Part shown: one piece after another, positions 40,502 to 50,609 of the stretch
Layout of the letters: each line of letters starts with the position of its first letter
Numbering within the stretch: position 1 is the first letter of the stretch
Origin: a virus
Taxonomy: Duplodnaviria; Caudoviricetes
DNA: 62,310 nucleotides
Direction: 5' to 3' (one strand)
Virus record (IMG/VR): IMGVR_UViG_3300006224_000011
Location: 1 to 62,310 of that record
Made by a program: the position numbers and the translations under genes
Notes under the pieces: generated by a model
Databases searched by the model: none
The model's input: the letters and a program-made list of their open reading frames with translations, nothing else
Told to the model about the DNA's origin: nothing

Positions 40502-41233
40502 ATGAGAAGTATAGATAAAAATGACATAGACATTAAAAAACTTTTTACTTGGGGTGCTAAGTTTGAAATTTTGGATAATAATGATAGGTTTTTATTAGAT
40601 GTCTATATACGTTTAGTAGGGGATGCCGAATTAAATAGAGCAAAAGTATTTGCACTAAGAAAATCTGCTGAACTTCGCAGTAAACTAAAGCAAAAGGGTT
40701 CTGACGAGAGAATAGCATTCATTCCAGACTTGCATGTTTTAGAAAAAGAATCTATGGTAGAGTCTGCTTTGCTTTATATGGTTAGAGATGTAACAAATGA
40801 CTCTATAAGAGAGGTTAGATTACCACTTCCTGTAGAGCCAGCTTCTGATGCATCCCTAGAAAAACAAGAAGCATATCAAAAAGAAGTTGATGATTTTCCT
40901 GGAAAAATTGAAACTTTAAGAATTCAATATATCACTAATATTTTAGAACAGCGTAGGCAGGAACTTTTATCTAAGGATATAGAAAGTTTATATAAAGAAT
41001 TTGAACGTTCTATTATAAATCAGCTTTGTGAAGATGAAATGATTTTAAAATTTAGAGAAATGTGCGCCTATTTTGGTAGTTTCTCAGATTCTGATTTTAA
41101 AATTAAACTTTTCGAAAGTTTTGAAGAATTTGAAAATTTACCAAAAGAAATTAAAGACCAATTTTTAGATTGTTATAATAGTCTTGAAATTTCTGGAGAA
41201 GACCTAAAAAAATCGCTAGAAGTAATGCAATAG
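40502..41233 (+). CDS. Tail assembly chaperone (gpG-like)
   Basis: Lies between tail tube and tape measure; slippery A7 run near the end. Confidence 0.7.
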   Translation: MRSIDKNDIDIKKLFTWGAKFEILDNNDRFLLDVYIRLVGDAELNRAKVFALRKSAELRSKLKQKGSDERIAFIPDLHVLEKESMVESALLYMVRDVTNDSIREVRLPLPVEPASDASLEKQEAYQKEVDDFPGKIETLRIQYITNILEQRRQELLSKDIESLYKEFERSIINQLCEDEMILKFREMCAYFGSFSDSDFKIKLFESFEEFENLPKEIKDQFLDCYNSLEISGEDLKKSLEVMQ

Positions 41234-41505
41234 CATCTCTATGGGCTGTTGCTAAGGAATTACAAATTCCTTTAGATAAATACATAGAAGAACTTACGGA
41301 AGTTCCCTATACTATTTCTTTTGTTATTAAAAAGCGAGTACAAATAGATAACTTAAGCGAACTTCCTAAAGAAAAACGACCTCCAGATTCCATAGTCTGG
41401 TGGGGTACTAGTGAAGAACTAGAAGACTGGTTAGATAAAGTGCTAAGTAATAAAAAACAAACAAAAGCCAATCTTATAATTGATGAAAATAAGATTGAAG
41501 GATAA
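41206..41505 (+). CDS. -1 frameshift extension of the tail chaperone (gpGT-like)
   Basis: CTA AAA AAA TCG; the -1 frame is open as KIARSNAIASLW...PKEKRPPDSIVWW...KIEG* to 41505, with no own start codon evident. Confidence 0.8.
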   Translation, partial: KKIARSNAIASLWAVAKELQIPLDKYIEELTEVPYTISFVIKKRVQIDNLSELPKEKRPPDSIVWWGTSEELEDWLDKVLSNKKQTKANLIIDENKIEG

Positions 41506-41507
41506 AT

Positions 41508-44500
41508 ATGGCATCAACTTTAGAAGAACTAAACAAACGGTTACTAGAAATAACCAAAAATGCTAACCTATCAGCAGAAGCCTTAGAAAGAGTTCAAACT
41601 TTGGCTAGGCAACAACTAGCTAGTATGGTAGGCCCGCAAATGCAGGAAACCATGCGAGGAGCCGCTAAGGGTGGCGTTCCAACTCAGCAAGGTTTAGACA
41701 GGCTACTTTCTCAGTTCTTAGGAGGAGGTGTGAGTTCTGGTTGGCATAGGGCTGGTGGTGGTTCTAGAATATTTTTTGGGGCTAATCTTACTAGAGAATT
41801 ACAACAAATTTTTGAGCAGAGCATAACACAAACTATAGCTCAGGCATTATCACAAATAACTTCAACCCCCGGAAGTAAATTGCCAGGAGTGCCAGATCAG
41901 ATTCCCTATGCGCCAAAAAAGAAAGAAGAAACTGATGCAGAGAAAAAACTTCGAGAAAGTAAAGAAATTAGTAGACAGACAGAACAAAACGAAGTATTTA
42001 GACGGGCTGTAAGAAAAGATGAAATAGCTGATGCCAAAATATTAGCAGAAGAGAAAACAAACCAAATAAAAATAGAGCGGCAAGCCGCCGAACATGAAGC
42101 ACAGATAGCCGCTACTAATAAAAGAACCCAACAGGAGTTATTAGATATTGGAGAGCGTCGAAGAAAGCAGATGGCAGACCTGTTGACGTTTTCTGAAAAA
42201 CAAGAGGCCGCACAGAAAAAAATATACTCTGCTGAAGAAGTTCAAGTACAGATGGGGGAATATCGGGGAAAACGTTTGGTACAACAGGCAGAAAGATATG
42301 GATTTAAACCTGAAAACATTAAACAAATATATACGCAAGAGCCATCTGGAGTAACTGTTGGTAAGTTTGAAAAAGTTGACGAATCTACTGGTGCAGTAAG
42401 TAAACTAGAATTAACTGTAGATAAATTTGGAAATACAATTACCAGAACAAATAAAAGACTTTTAGGTTTTACAGAATCCATTAAAAGAAATACCATAGAA
42501 GTCCTAAAATGGTCTGTTGGTGTTGGGCTTGTTTATGGTGGTATGTATAAACTACAAGCATTAATTAAAACCGCCATAGAAAATGAAGCTAAACTAGCGG
42601 ATATTGCCGTTATTTTAGGAGATGCTCATCGAGATTTAAATCAAATATTTGATGAATCTGCTAAAGTGGCATATGAAACCGGAGAAAGTATTAGTGCTGT
42701 ATTAGAAACTTATACTCTAGCATATAGAGCAGTAGGGTCTATTTCCGATCCTATTAAAAGAACTGAATCAGCTATAACTCTCTTAACAGATGCCACCACA
42801 TTAAATAAACTTTCCTCCCTGGACGCCTCTAGTGCTATAGATGTACTATCTGGATCATTGAGACAACTGCAAAGGCCTGGGGAAGATATGGCTACTGCAT
42901 TTCTAAGAGGTAGAGATTTACTGGATGCATGGGTAACTGTAACCAGAAAAGCTAACGTTGATTTGGCTACGTTGGCTACGGCTTTCTCTATTACATCAGA
43001 ATCCGCCGAAAATTCTGGTGTTTCTATAGAACAATTAAATGCTATTATTGCGTCTTTAGCAGAAAAGATAGGCGGTCTTGGTGGTAGAGAAACTGGTAAT
43101 GCCGTTAGAGCATTAATTGGTGGTGTCTATCAACAGCAGGCGGCAGAAATTCTTACAAGATATGGTATAGCAGTTCAAGACACTGCTGGCAGAATGAGGC
43201 CTTTCTTAGATATTTCTAGAGAAATTTATACTTTATATAAAGAAGGCGTTGTATCTGCTGATGAATTAAATAAAATTGGTTACACTCTAGGCGGTGGTGT
43301 ACGTAGAGGTCAACAGTATGTTGCATTTTTGTCAGATTTTGAAAGAATCCAAGAACTAACAAATGAACAAGTTAATAGCGGCGGTGCGGCACAAGAGGCT
43401 TTAAGTAGAAAAATAGATACTACACAAACAGCTATTACTAGATTAGATAATGCTTTTCAGTCTTTAGCACAAACTCTAGGTTCAGATAGTGGTATTTTAG
43501 ATATGTTTTCAGGTCTTCTAGAAACTACAACAGCCCTTGTTGGAGTTCTAGAAGATATTTCTAGTGTTTTAGGTAAAATGACAATTCCTACTGCTATGTT
43601 GGGAATAACATCTATGATGTTTAGAGGGGAGGCTGGAGGACTAAGAAGACAGGAATTTGCTAGTAACATTGGAGGTAGATTAGAAGGACTAGCTCTTGGG
43701 GCTATGAATTTATCTCCTAGATTGTCCAATAGAAAAGTTCTTGAGGAAAGATTAGGTTTAGAATCATCCGTAGAAATGATGGCTAAAAAATTCGGATTGG
43801 GTCTAGGAAAATACGTCTCTGGAACATTGGTTGGAGCAATACCAGCGGCTTTTAAAGCCGCTTCTGGAGATTTGGAAGGTGCTGGTATAACTTTAGGAGG
43901 CGCTGTTATAGGTGCAATAACAACGGCAGGTAGCCCAGTCGGTGCATTAATAGGTTCTTTTATAGCTGATGCTTTTATTGTACAAACATTGCAACATAAA
44001 CCTGATTTTGAAGCCTTTTTTACGGATATATTTACTGGAGCTACAGAGGCTGATCTAAAACAGAGAGATAAAGCACAGGCTGAAAGAGATGCTCTTACAG
44101 AAGAAATATTTAAAAGAAGAGGTGAGGGGGATGCCTTTACCGGGATGACCTTTGGAAGGGCGGCGGCATTTGGATTTAATTTATCTAATCTTTTTAAGAC
44201 GGGGCAGTTTGGTAAAATGACCCCAGAACAGGGGGCATTGTGGGGAGGAATAGTACCGGGTAAAGAAACCTACCCTGATTTGGTAGAAAGATTAGCCGGA
44301 CTAAGGAAAGAACAACAAGAAGCTATTCCAGTTACTGCTGGTGCTGATGTTACAAAAGTAAGTGAGATTGAAGCTAAACGTCTAGATATGCTAGAACAAG
44401 AAAGAGATTTAGTAAATGAAATTATAGAGGCTAGAAATAAGGAAATTAAAATTCAATCAGCTAAAGGGGAAATAACACCAAAAGAACAACTAGGAATGCA

Positions 44501-46022
44501 GGAAACTCTTTTGGGGCTGGATGCCGCACTATCTAAACTAAACACAGCTTTCGGAGGGACTTTTGATAAAATTAATACATCTATTTCTGGTACAGAAGGT
44601 GTATATAATGCTTTTACAGATATTCTATTAGAGGGGTCTGATGAGCAAACCACAAGTATTATAAATGCCGCAAGTGAGTGGATAGATTGGGCCGCCGCAA
44701 TAGAAAAAGCTGTTAAAGAGGGTAAAAACAGTATTACAACCCTATCTGGAGAGGAAATAGAATTAGCTGGTGCAGATGGCGCAATAGAACAATTAAATCA
44801 GTTCCAAACAATGTGGACTGATTATCTTAACTTACTAAGACAAGAACAGCAGTTAGCTGATGTAAAAATACCCACCGTAGTAGGTATGGAGGATATTCGT
44901 TCATTAGATGCTTTTGATAAAGTGTATCGAGATGCTCTACGTATGCAAAGTGAGGAGTTCGATACCTGGGTTAGAGAAGATATTCTAACTCCAGAACAAG
45001 CAGAAATTATGCTTTCTAGGTGGGAAAGAATAGCCGTTTATATGGGAGATACATTAGGTACTAAAGTAGTAGAAGGACTAACCGATTCTAAATATTTAAA
45101 TCAAGCTTTTGATAAGTGGAAAGATGAAGTTTCTAAAGTAGATTTGGGTTTTCAAACGTTTGATATGACAAATCCAGAACTTGCTAGAATAGTACAACAA
45201 GCTAACTCTATGGCTTCTGTTTTACAACAGAAATATGGTTACACACCCGATATTACAGAACAATTAGCAATCACTCTAAAAGATAATGTTGTAGAACCTT
45301 TTAAAGCTGATTGGAAATTAGTACAACTTTTACTACAGCAAATTGAGGAAAATACAAGTGAGTTAGAAGGTATCTATAACTTACCAGAAGGTGCAGGATT
45401 TTATGTTCCATACCAAACATTACAGTTAGCTTATCAAAAAGGTTTAAATGAGGGTAAAGGAGGTATGGAGGGTTTATTAGCCGATCAAGAGTTTGCATAT
45501 AAGGGAGAGGGTACTACTGAGGCCTATGGACAAGGGAGATTACAACCATCAGATATAACAGACTTGGTTAGATCACAACCAGACCCTGGTTTAGTTGCAT
45601 CTACAACCGCTACTGTAGCTAAAGCAGTAGAACAAGTATATAAAACATATTTACCCCAATTATCTTACACCCCACCAAAAGCTACTCCTAGAAACAGGTT
45701 TGATACAGAGGGGTTTGGTCAAGAGCCTAGTTCTATAGAAAACATGGCTACTACAATAAAAGAGGGGTTAATGACAATACCCCAAATCCTTCATGATTAT
45801 TTAATAGCCCCCTTTACAGAAGGGCTTGATTTTAAACAGTTATTTAGTGATATAAGTTCTAACATAAATAACACCGTAGCTTTAAATCTAAATTCTACAT
45901 CTACAATCCAATTGGTTGTTGATGCTAAAGTTTTGGCAGAAATCGTAAAGACCCAGCTTTATCAAGATACGATTGCATTTGAAGGTTCTGGTGGTACTAT
46001 CAATAGAACTATGGTTATATAG
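41508..46022 (+). CDS. Tail tape measure protein
   Basis: 1504 aa, helical and Ala-rich, with a TP901-like core (GVSIEQLNAII...G.ETGNAVRA...YGIAV.D..G.MRPF). Confidence 0.9.
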   Translation: MASTLEELNKRLLEITKNANLSAEALERVQTLARQQLASMVGPQMQETMRGAAKGGVPTQQGLDRLLSQFLGGGVSSGWHRAGGGSRIFFGANLTRELQQIFEQSITQTIAQALSQITSTPGSKLPGVPDQIPYAPKKKEETDAEKKLRESKEISRQTEQNEVFRRAVRKDEIADAKILAEEKTNQIKIERQAAEHEAQIAATNKRTQQELLDIGERRRKQMADLLTFSEKQEAAQKKIYSAEEVQVQMGEYRGKRLVQQAERYGFKPENIKQIYTQEPSGVTVGKFEKVDESTGAVSKLELTVDKFGNTITRTNKRLLGFTESIKRNTIEVLKWSVGVGLVYGGMYKLQALIKTAIENEAKLADIAVILGDAHRDLNQIFDESAKVAYETGESISAVLETYTLAYRAVGSISDPIKRTESAITLLTDATTLNKLSSLDASSAIDVLSGSLRQLQRPGEDMATAFLRGRDLLDAWVTVTRKANVDLATLATAFSITSESAENSGVSIEQLNAIIASLAEKIGGLGGRETGNAVRALIGGVYQQQAAEILTRYGIAVQDTAGRMRPFLDISREIYTLYKEGVVSADELNKIGYTLGGGVRRGQQYVAFLSDFERIQELTNEQVNSGGAAQEALSRKIDTTQTAITRLDNAFQSLAQTLGSDSGILDMFSGLLETTTALVGVLEDISSVLGKMTIPTAMLGITSMMFRGEAGGLRRQEFASNIGGRLEGLALGAMNLSPRLSNRKVLEERLGLESSVEMMAKKFGLGLGKYVSGTLVGAIPAAFKAASGDLEGAGITLGGAVIGAITTAGSPVGALIGSFIADAFIVQTLQHKPDFEAFFTDIFTGATEADLKQRDKAQAERDALTEEIFKRRGEGDAFTGMTFGRAAAFGFNLSNLFKTGQFGKMTPEQGALWGGIVPGKETYPDLVERLAGLRKEQQEAIPVTAGADVTKVSEIEAKRLDMLEQERDLVNEIIEARNKEIKIQSAKGEITPKEQLGMQETLLGLDAALSKLNTAFGGTFDKINTSISGTEGVYNAFTDILLEGSDEQTTSIINAASEWIDWAAAIEKAVKEGKNSITTLSGEEIELAGADGAIEQLNQFQTMWTDYLNLLRQEQQLADVKIPTVVGMEDIRSLDAFDKVYRDALRMQSEEFDTWVREDILTPEQAEIMLSRWERIAVYMGDTLGTKVVEGLTDSKYLNQAFDKWKDEVSKVDLGFQTFDMTNPELARIVQQANSMASVLQQKYGYTPDITEQLAITLKDNVVEPFKADWKLVQLLLQQIEENTSELEGIYNLPEGAGFYVPYQTLQLAYQKGLNEGKGGMEGLLADQEFAYKGEGTTEAYGQGRLQPSDITDLVRSQPDPGLVASTTATVAKAVEQVYKTYLPQLSYTPPKATPRNRFDTEGFGQEPSSIENMATTIKEGLMTIPQILHDYLIAPFTEGLDFKQLFSDISSNINNTVALNLNSTSTIQLVVDAKVLAEIVKTQLYQDTIAFEGSGGTINRTMVI

Positions 46023-46030
46023 GAGATAAA

Positions 46031-46393
46031 ATGGCCTGGACTTTAAATGGCACTAGAATATTTGTTACTGAATACGCAAATGACTATGCTCAAACTATAG
46101 CCAGATTACACCCTTTAGGTGGTGGCAGTGTGTATCATATTTTTGGATATGAATATACAATTGCTAAAATATCTGCTTATATTGTAGGAGATACTGATAA
46201 TGCGGCACTTAAAGCATTAACTAGAAGTGGACTTTCTTATGCACTTGTATCCGATCAGGGAGGTTATGGTAATTTTTATGTTAAAGGTATAAGTATGAGA
46301 AGAGTCAACTCTATCTGTCAGACTTTAAGACCTGATTTAGCTGATGATGCCCCAGTTTATATAGCAGATATTGAATTATATCATGATGAGTAG
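46031..46393 (+). CDS. Distal tail protein (putative)
   Basis: Small beta protein directly after the tape measure gene. Confidence 0.5.
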   Translation: MAWTLNGTRIFVTEYANDYAQTIARLHPLGGGSVYHIFGYEYTIAKISAYIVGDTDNAALKALTRSGLSYALVSDQGGYGNFYVKGISMRRVNSICQTLRPDLADDAPVYIADIELYHDE

Positions 46394-46395
46394 AT

Positions 46396-47385
46396 ATGAG
46401 TAGCCTTTACGCAGATGTAACCGGACTAAGCGATATTGAAAATATTAGTGTTTCTATGAGTCATAATGGTGCTACTTCTGTAGCTACTATAGACGCTTTA
46501 ACATCTACTCTTGATATTGGAGATTCTATAGACGTAGATATAGGATACTCTGCTAATCATGCTAGAGTTTTTAGAGGGTATGTAAAGCAAATTGATAGAA
46601 AAGTACCAGAAAATATATATACAATTACTGCACACGATGTTATGACTAGAGCAGTTGATTTCTTTGTAGCATCAACTAATCCAGAAGAGCCTTTTTCTAG
46701 AACTAATATATCTGCTGAGGATTTGGTAGAAGATGTATTAGCTTTAGCAGGATTAACAAACTATGATCCAGACCCTACTAACTTTGTATTTGCTACAAAT
46801 TCAGTAGCAGAGGTAAACTTAGTTTCTGCTTTTGATTATTGTAGGTATATTGCTGATACGCTAACATGGCATCTATACGCAGATGAAGACGGTGTTGTAC
46901 ATTTTATTAATAGAAAACCTTATGTAATGGTAGCTGGTAGCCCAGAATCTAACCAACCTGGATTTCAAGCGGATACTTCGTTAGGTACAATTAATGACAC
47001 TACGATCCTAGATTTTACACATAAGAGGTCAGAAAAAGATTTAAGAAATAGAATAGTAGTTTACGGTAGTACTGGAATTTATGCTGAGGCTAAAGCATCG
47101 AGTCCTTACTTACCAGCAGGGTTCTATAAAACAGTAGCTTTTGGTACTAATTTGATAGATCATCAGGGTTATGCACAACAGGCGGCTGATTATAATCTGA
47201 TAATTTTAAATAGGCTCACAGAACAAGTCTCTATGAATGTAATTGGTGACCCATCTTATATGGCTAGAAGTGTATTTACAATTGATGAAGATATTTTAGG
47301 AATAAATGACGATTATTATATTGTTATGGCAGAGCATTCATGGTCTAAAGCAGGGTATACAGTATCTATGGAGTTGCGTAAATAA
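46396..47385 (+). CDS. Baseplate hub / tail tip protein
   Basis: IGY...RVFRGYV, LYADEDG.VHF and LRNRIVVYG hub-type motifs. Confidence 0.65.
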   Translation: MSSLYADVTGLSDIENISVSMSHNGATSVATIDALTSTLDIGDSIDVDIGYSANHARVFRGYVKQIDRKVPENIYTITAHDVMTRAVDFFVASTNPEEPFSRTNISAEDLVEDVLALAGLTNYDPDPTNFVFATNSVAEVNLVSAFDYCRYIADTLTWHLYADEDGVVHFINRKPYVMVAGSPESNQPGFQADTSLGTINDTTILDFTHKRSEKDLRNRIVVYGSTGIYAEAKASSPYLPAGFYKTVAFGTNLIDHQGYAQQAADYNLIILNRLTEQVSMNVIGDPSYMARSVFTIDEDILGINDDYYIVMAEHSWSKAGYTVSMELRK

Positions 47386-50300
47386 TGGATGTTGAAATTA
47401 GACACGAAGGCTCTGATATAACTAACTATGTCATAGAGTATTCTAGAAATAAAGAACTGTGTTCTGGAATAGGTTTATTAGATATTTCAATAGTTAAAAC
47501 AGTATCTAGAACTTTCAATACATGGGATACCATTACTATCTATGAAGAAGGTACTAAAAGGGGCGAATATAATATATCTTCTATTACTAGAGATGCTAAA
47601 ACAGGGAATTATAAATTAGAATGCCAAGATGATTCTAAAAGATTAGTGGATTATTTCGTAGCAGATTCCTATACAGTTACTACTTATACATTAACTAAAT
47701 ATTGGATAGAACTTATTCTCAATATGGCAGGAGTAAATTACATTTTTGATACTGCTGAATTAGGAACTCCAGTGAATGAGAATTCTGTATTAGGTGTAGG
47801 AAGTGCTTACGATGTAATAACTCCTTTATTACAACAGAGTGGATGGTACATTTATTTTGATGAAAATAATTTAGCTCACATCGGTAAAATAGATTTATCT
47901 ATCAGTGGGTATACTGATAGCTTTAATGATAATGAAATTTTAAATATCAGTACTATGGAAAACGATGCTATGCTTAGAAATAGAGCAGTAGTGTATGGTA
48001 CTGGTGATGCTTATACGGGTACTTGGGTATACGCAGATTTAAGCAGGCAAACTCCGTGGAATTATGATAATGCAGATCAGAGAGCCGTTGTTTTAGGAAA
48101 CCCCAATATTAGAAGTACAGCAGTAGCTAATCAACTAGCTGTTCAAATATTAGATGAATTTACTAAAAGAAATTATGTAAAAACTATTGAAATAGTAGGT
48201 AGTCCAAATATAGAAATAGCCGATACTGTATATATAAACTCTGATTATTTTTCTGGACTGTGTTTGGTAACTACACTATCTGTAGATGTAAATAGTAATG
48301 GTATGGTTACAACTCTAATTCTAGATCAGAGATGCCCAAGATTATTTGGTGTGTGGGATATTGGTACTAATTACGTCTATATTGGAACATCTGGTTCTGG
48401 TGTATGGAGAAAATTATTAGGTGGGTCTACTTGGGAAAACTTTAGTGATGGGCTTACGAATCTAAACGTTGTAGATTTAGATATTAATGCTGGCAATTTT
48501 GTATGTGTAGCTTCTGGAGGCCAATTATTTTTAAGAAATATTTTAGTAAGCGGATGGCACCAATTCCTCCCTAGTGGTTTCTATAACAGGCTCACAACCC
48601 CTCCTTATGTTATGCCAACACCGTCTGGAGGATATGTAGCCTGTGCTATAAATAGAACTAATAATGAAATATATGGGTTATTTACTAACAACTTATGGAG
48701 TTGGATATCTACAATAACATCGTCTGGAAACTATATAAACAGTCTAATAACCACTCTTAGTGGTACGTCCGATTTTACTTATACTTATAGAGGGTTTGAT
48801 GTAGAAGATATTAATAATTCTTTGATAGTAACTACTTATTCTAGACTAACATCTGCTAGTGGGATAATGAACGAGGGGACTGGAATTAACAGAAACAATT
48901 TAAATACCAATTCAATAGCGTCAACTACATACAGTACAAGCAGAAATTTACAATATGGTCAAATAAGCGTTCAAAACCCAAGAATTTGCTGGTATGAGCA
49001 ATATTCATTCTATTCTGATAGTACAAAAGTAATTCGAAGAGATAATCAAACGGGTGATGAAATTATTATAAATAGACCAACTGGCCCTACTTATGATGTT
49101 GGTTGGACTGGTTCTATTTTAGATAAAGATAACTTTATACAAATACTATATAATACAAACTCTAGTATAAAATATTATGTTCATTATAATTTCATTACGG
49201 AAACTAGTACAATATTATTGGAGGATTCCGCAGGCGCTGGTCAAATCTTTTCATCAAATTCATATGGCGCATACTTATTAAGTAACGGCGATGTAAGATT
49301 TATAGATATTTATAGAATACAAACAACTGGTGGTACCCCAGTATCTACCAATTTTAAGTATATAAACCTTTCCACATTATCAGTATCATCAGCAACTAAT
49401 TTAGTTACTTTTAGAGAATTATACCCACTCCCAACTGTTCTAGTAGATTGGGGTTGGCATTTTCAAGGCAGTAGCTATATAATAGAAAATAACAAAAATA
49501 TATTTTTTCAATACCACGAAGAACGCTCAACTGGTGGTTCAGAAATAAAAGTAAAATCTATTGTAATAAACTTAGATACTCTAGATGTATCTTCGGAAAT
49601 TAGAACATTCTCGTCTGGCACCTTTTATACAGGAATTCACAGTATAGCTAGTTTTTGTGATGAAAAATTCTATATTGTTTATAGAGTAACACCATCGGCT
49701 ACAGAGTACAGATTAGCTGAAATAGATTTTTCTGGGGAATTTTCAGATATTGAGCTGTCAGCAACAAATGTATATAAAAGACTTGTAGCATCTAAATTTA
49801 CAACTTATTTAGTCTATACAAACGGAAATGTTTCAACATTAGCAGGTACCGGAGGTGTTTCATCGGTACCAATAGGATTGGGTGGTGATACAATATCTAG
49901 TGTAGCAGACGATCATGATAATTCTATTATTATGTATAAAGATACTTCACCAGGAAAAATATACAGAATAAATCCTGGTAATAGTATCACTACTTTGTAT
50001 GATAATTGGGTATTTGGTACTGCAACAATAACTCTCTTCTTAGAAAAGATACTGTTAGATTCTATATTATTTAGTAATGGAGAGTGGCAAACTACTATAT
50101 ATCCAGAGGCGGCAAGTGTACTAAAAAAGCAGACCGATACTTTATTGTATGAAGATATCTATTCTAAAGTTTTGGAAACTACAAGTTCTATGAAACTAGA
50201 TGCATCACTAGAGGCTCCTCTGGTTTTATTTGGAAATGGGCAAACTACAAGTTATGTATCTCAGAGTGGGGATATAGATACATATATTTTACTAAACAAC

Positions 50301-50609
50301 GATAAATTAATTTATGATGCAAAATACTTCACATCATCTAGTGGAGTAAAAATACTCTTTGCTACAAGTTCTGGAGTATATGAATTTCCATATACAGGAA
50401 GTAGTGGTATATCCTTAACTCCAGTTTACTCAGGTTCGTTTAAAAAGTTAGAAACAAATAACCATAATTATTATAGTTATCCGTATATATTTATAGGAAC
50501 ATCTGGTTCCTTTTTACAAAGAAATCCAGATACGGAATTTTTTACCAGCTATTCAGCGGGGTTACCATCTAATGAAATTACAGTAATACGAATGGATGAT
50601 TCATTATGA
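47385..50609 (+). CDS. Second hub-domain protein fused to a propeller-like receptor-binding region
   Basis: The N-terminal ~315 aa parallel the previous gene (IYFDEN, LRNRAVVYG); then YIGTSGSGVW...W...SDGL propeller-blade-like motifs. Confidence 0.6.
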   Translation: MDVEIRHEGSDITNYVIEYSRNKELCSGIGLLDISIVKTVSRTFNTWDTITIYEEGTKRGEYNISSITRDAKTGNYKLECQDDSKRLVDYFVADSYTVTTYTLTKYWIELILNMAGVNYIFDTAELGTPVNENSVLGVGSAYDVITPLLQQSGWYIYFDENNLAHIGKIDLSISGYTDSFNDNEILNISTMENDAMLRNRAVVYGTGDAYTGTWVYADLSRQTPWNYDNADQRAVVLGNPNIRSTAVANQLAVQILDEFTKRNYVKTIEIVGSPNIEIADTVYINSDYFSGLCLVTTLSVDVNSNGMVTTLILDQRCPRLFGVWDIGTNYVYIGTSGSGVWRKLLGGSTWENFSDGLTNLNVVDLDINAGNFVCVASGGQLFLRNILVSGWHQFLPSGFYNRLTTPPYVMPTPSGGYVACAINRTNNEIYGLFTNNLWSWISTITSSGNYINSLITTLSGTSDFTYTYRGFDVEDINNSLIVTTYSRLTSASGIMNEGTGINRNNLNTNSIASTTYSTSRNLQYGQISVQNPRICWYEQYSFYSDSTKVIRRDNQTGDEIIINRPTGPTYDVGWTGSILDKDNFIQILYNTNSSIKYYVHYNFITETSTILLEDSAGAGQIFSSNSYGAYLLSNGDVRFIDIYRIQTTGGTPVSTNFKYINLSTLSVSSATNLVTFRELYPLPTVLVDWGWHFQGSSYIIENNKNIFFQYHEERSTGGSEIKVKSIVINLDTLDVSSEIRTFSSGTFYTGIHSIASFCDEKFYIVYRVTPSATEYRLAEIDFSGEFSDIELSATNVYKRLVASKFTTYLVYTNGNVSTLAGTGGVSSVPIGLGGDTISSVADDHDNSIIMYKDTSPGKIYRINPGNSITTLYDNWVFGTATITLFLEKILLDSILFSNGEWQTTIYPEAASVLKKQTDTLLYEDIYSKVLETTSSMKLDASLEAPLVLFGNGQTTSYVSQSGDIDTYILLNNDKLIYDAKYFTSSSGVKILFATSSGVYEFPYTGSSGISLTPVYSGSFKKLETNNHNYYSYPYIFIGTSGSFLQRNPDTEFFTSYSAGLPSNEITVIRMDDSL

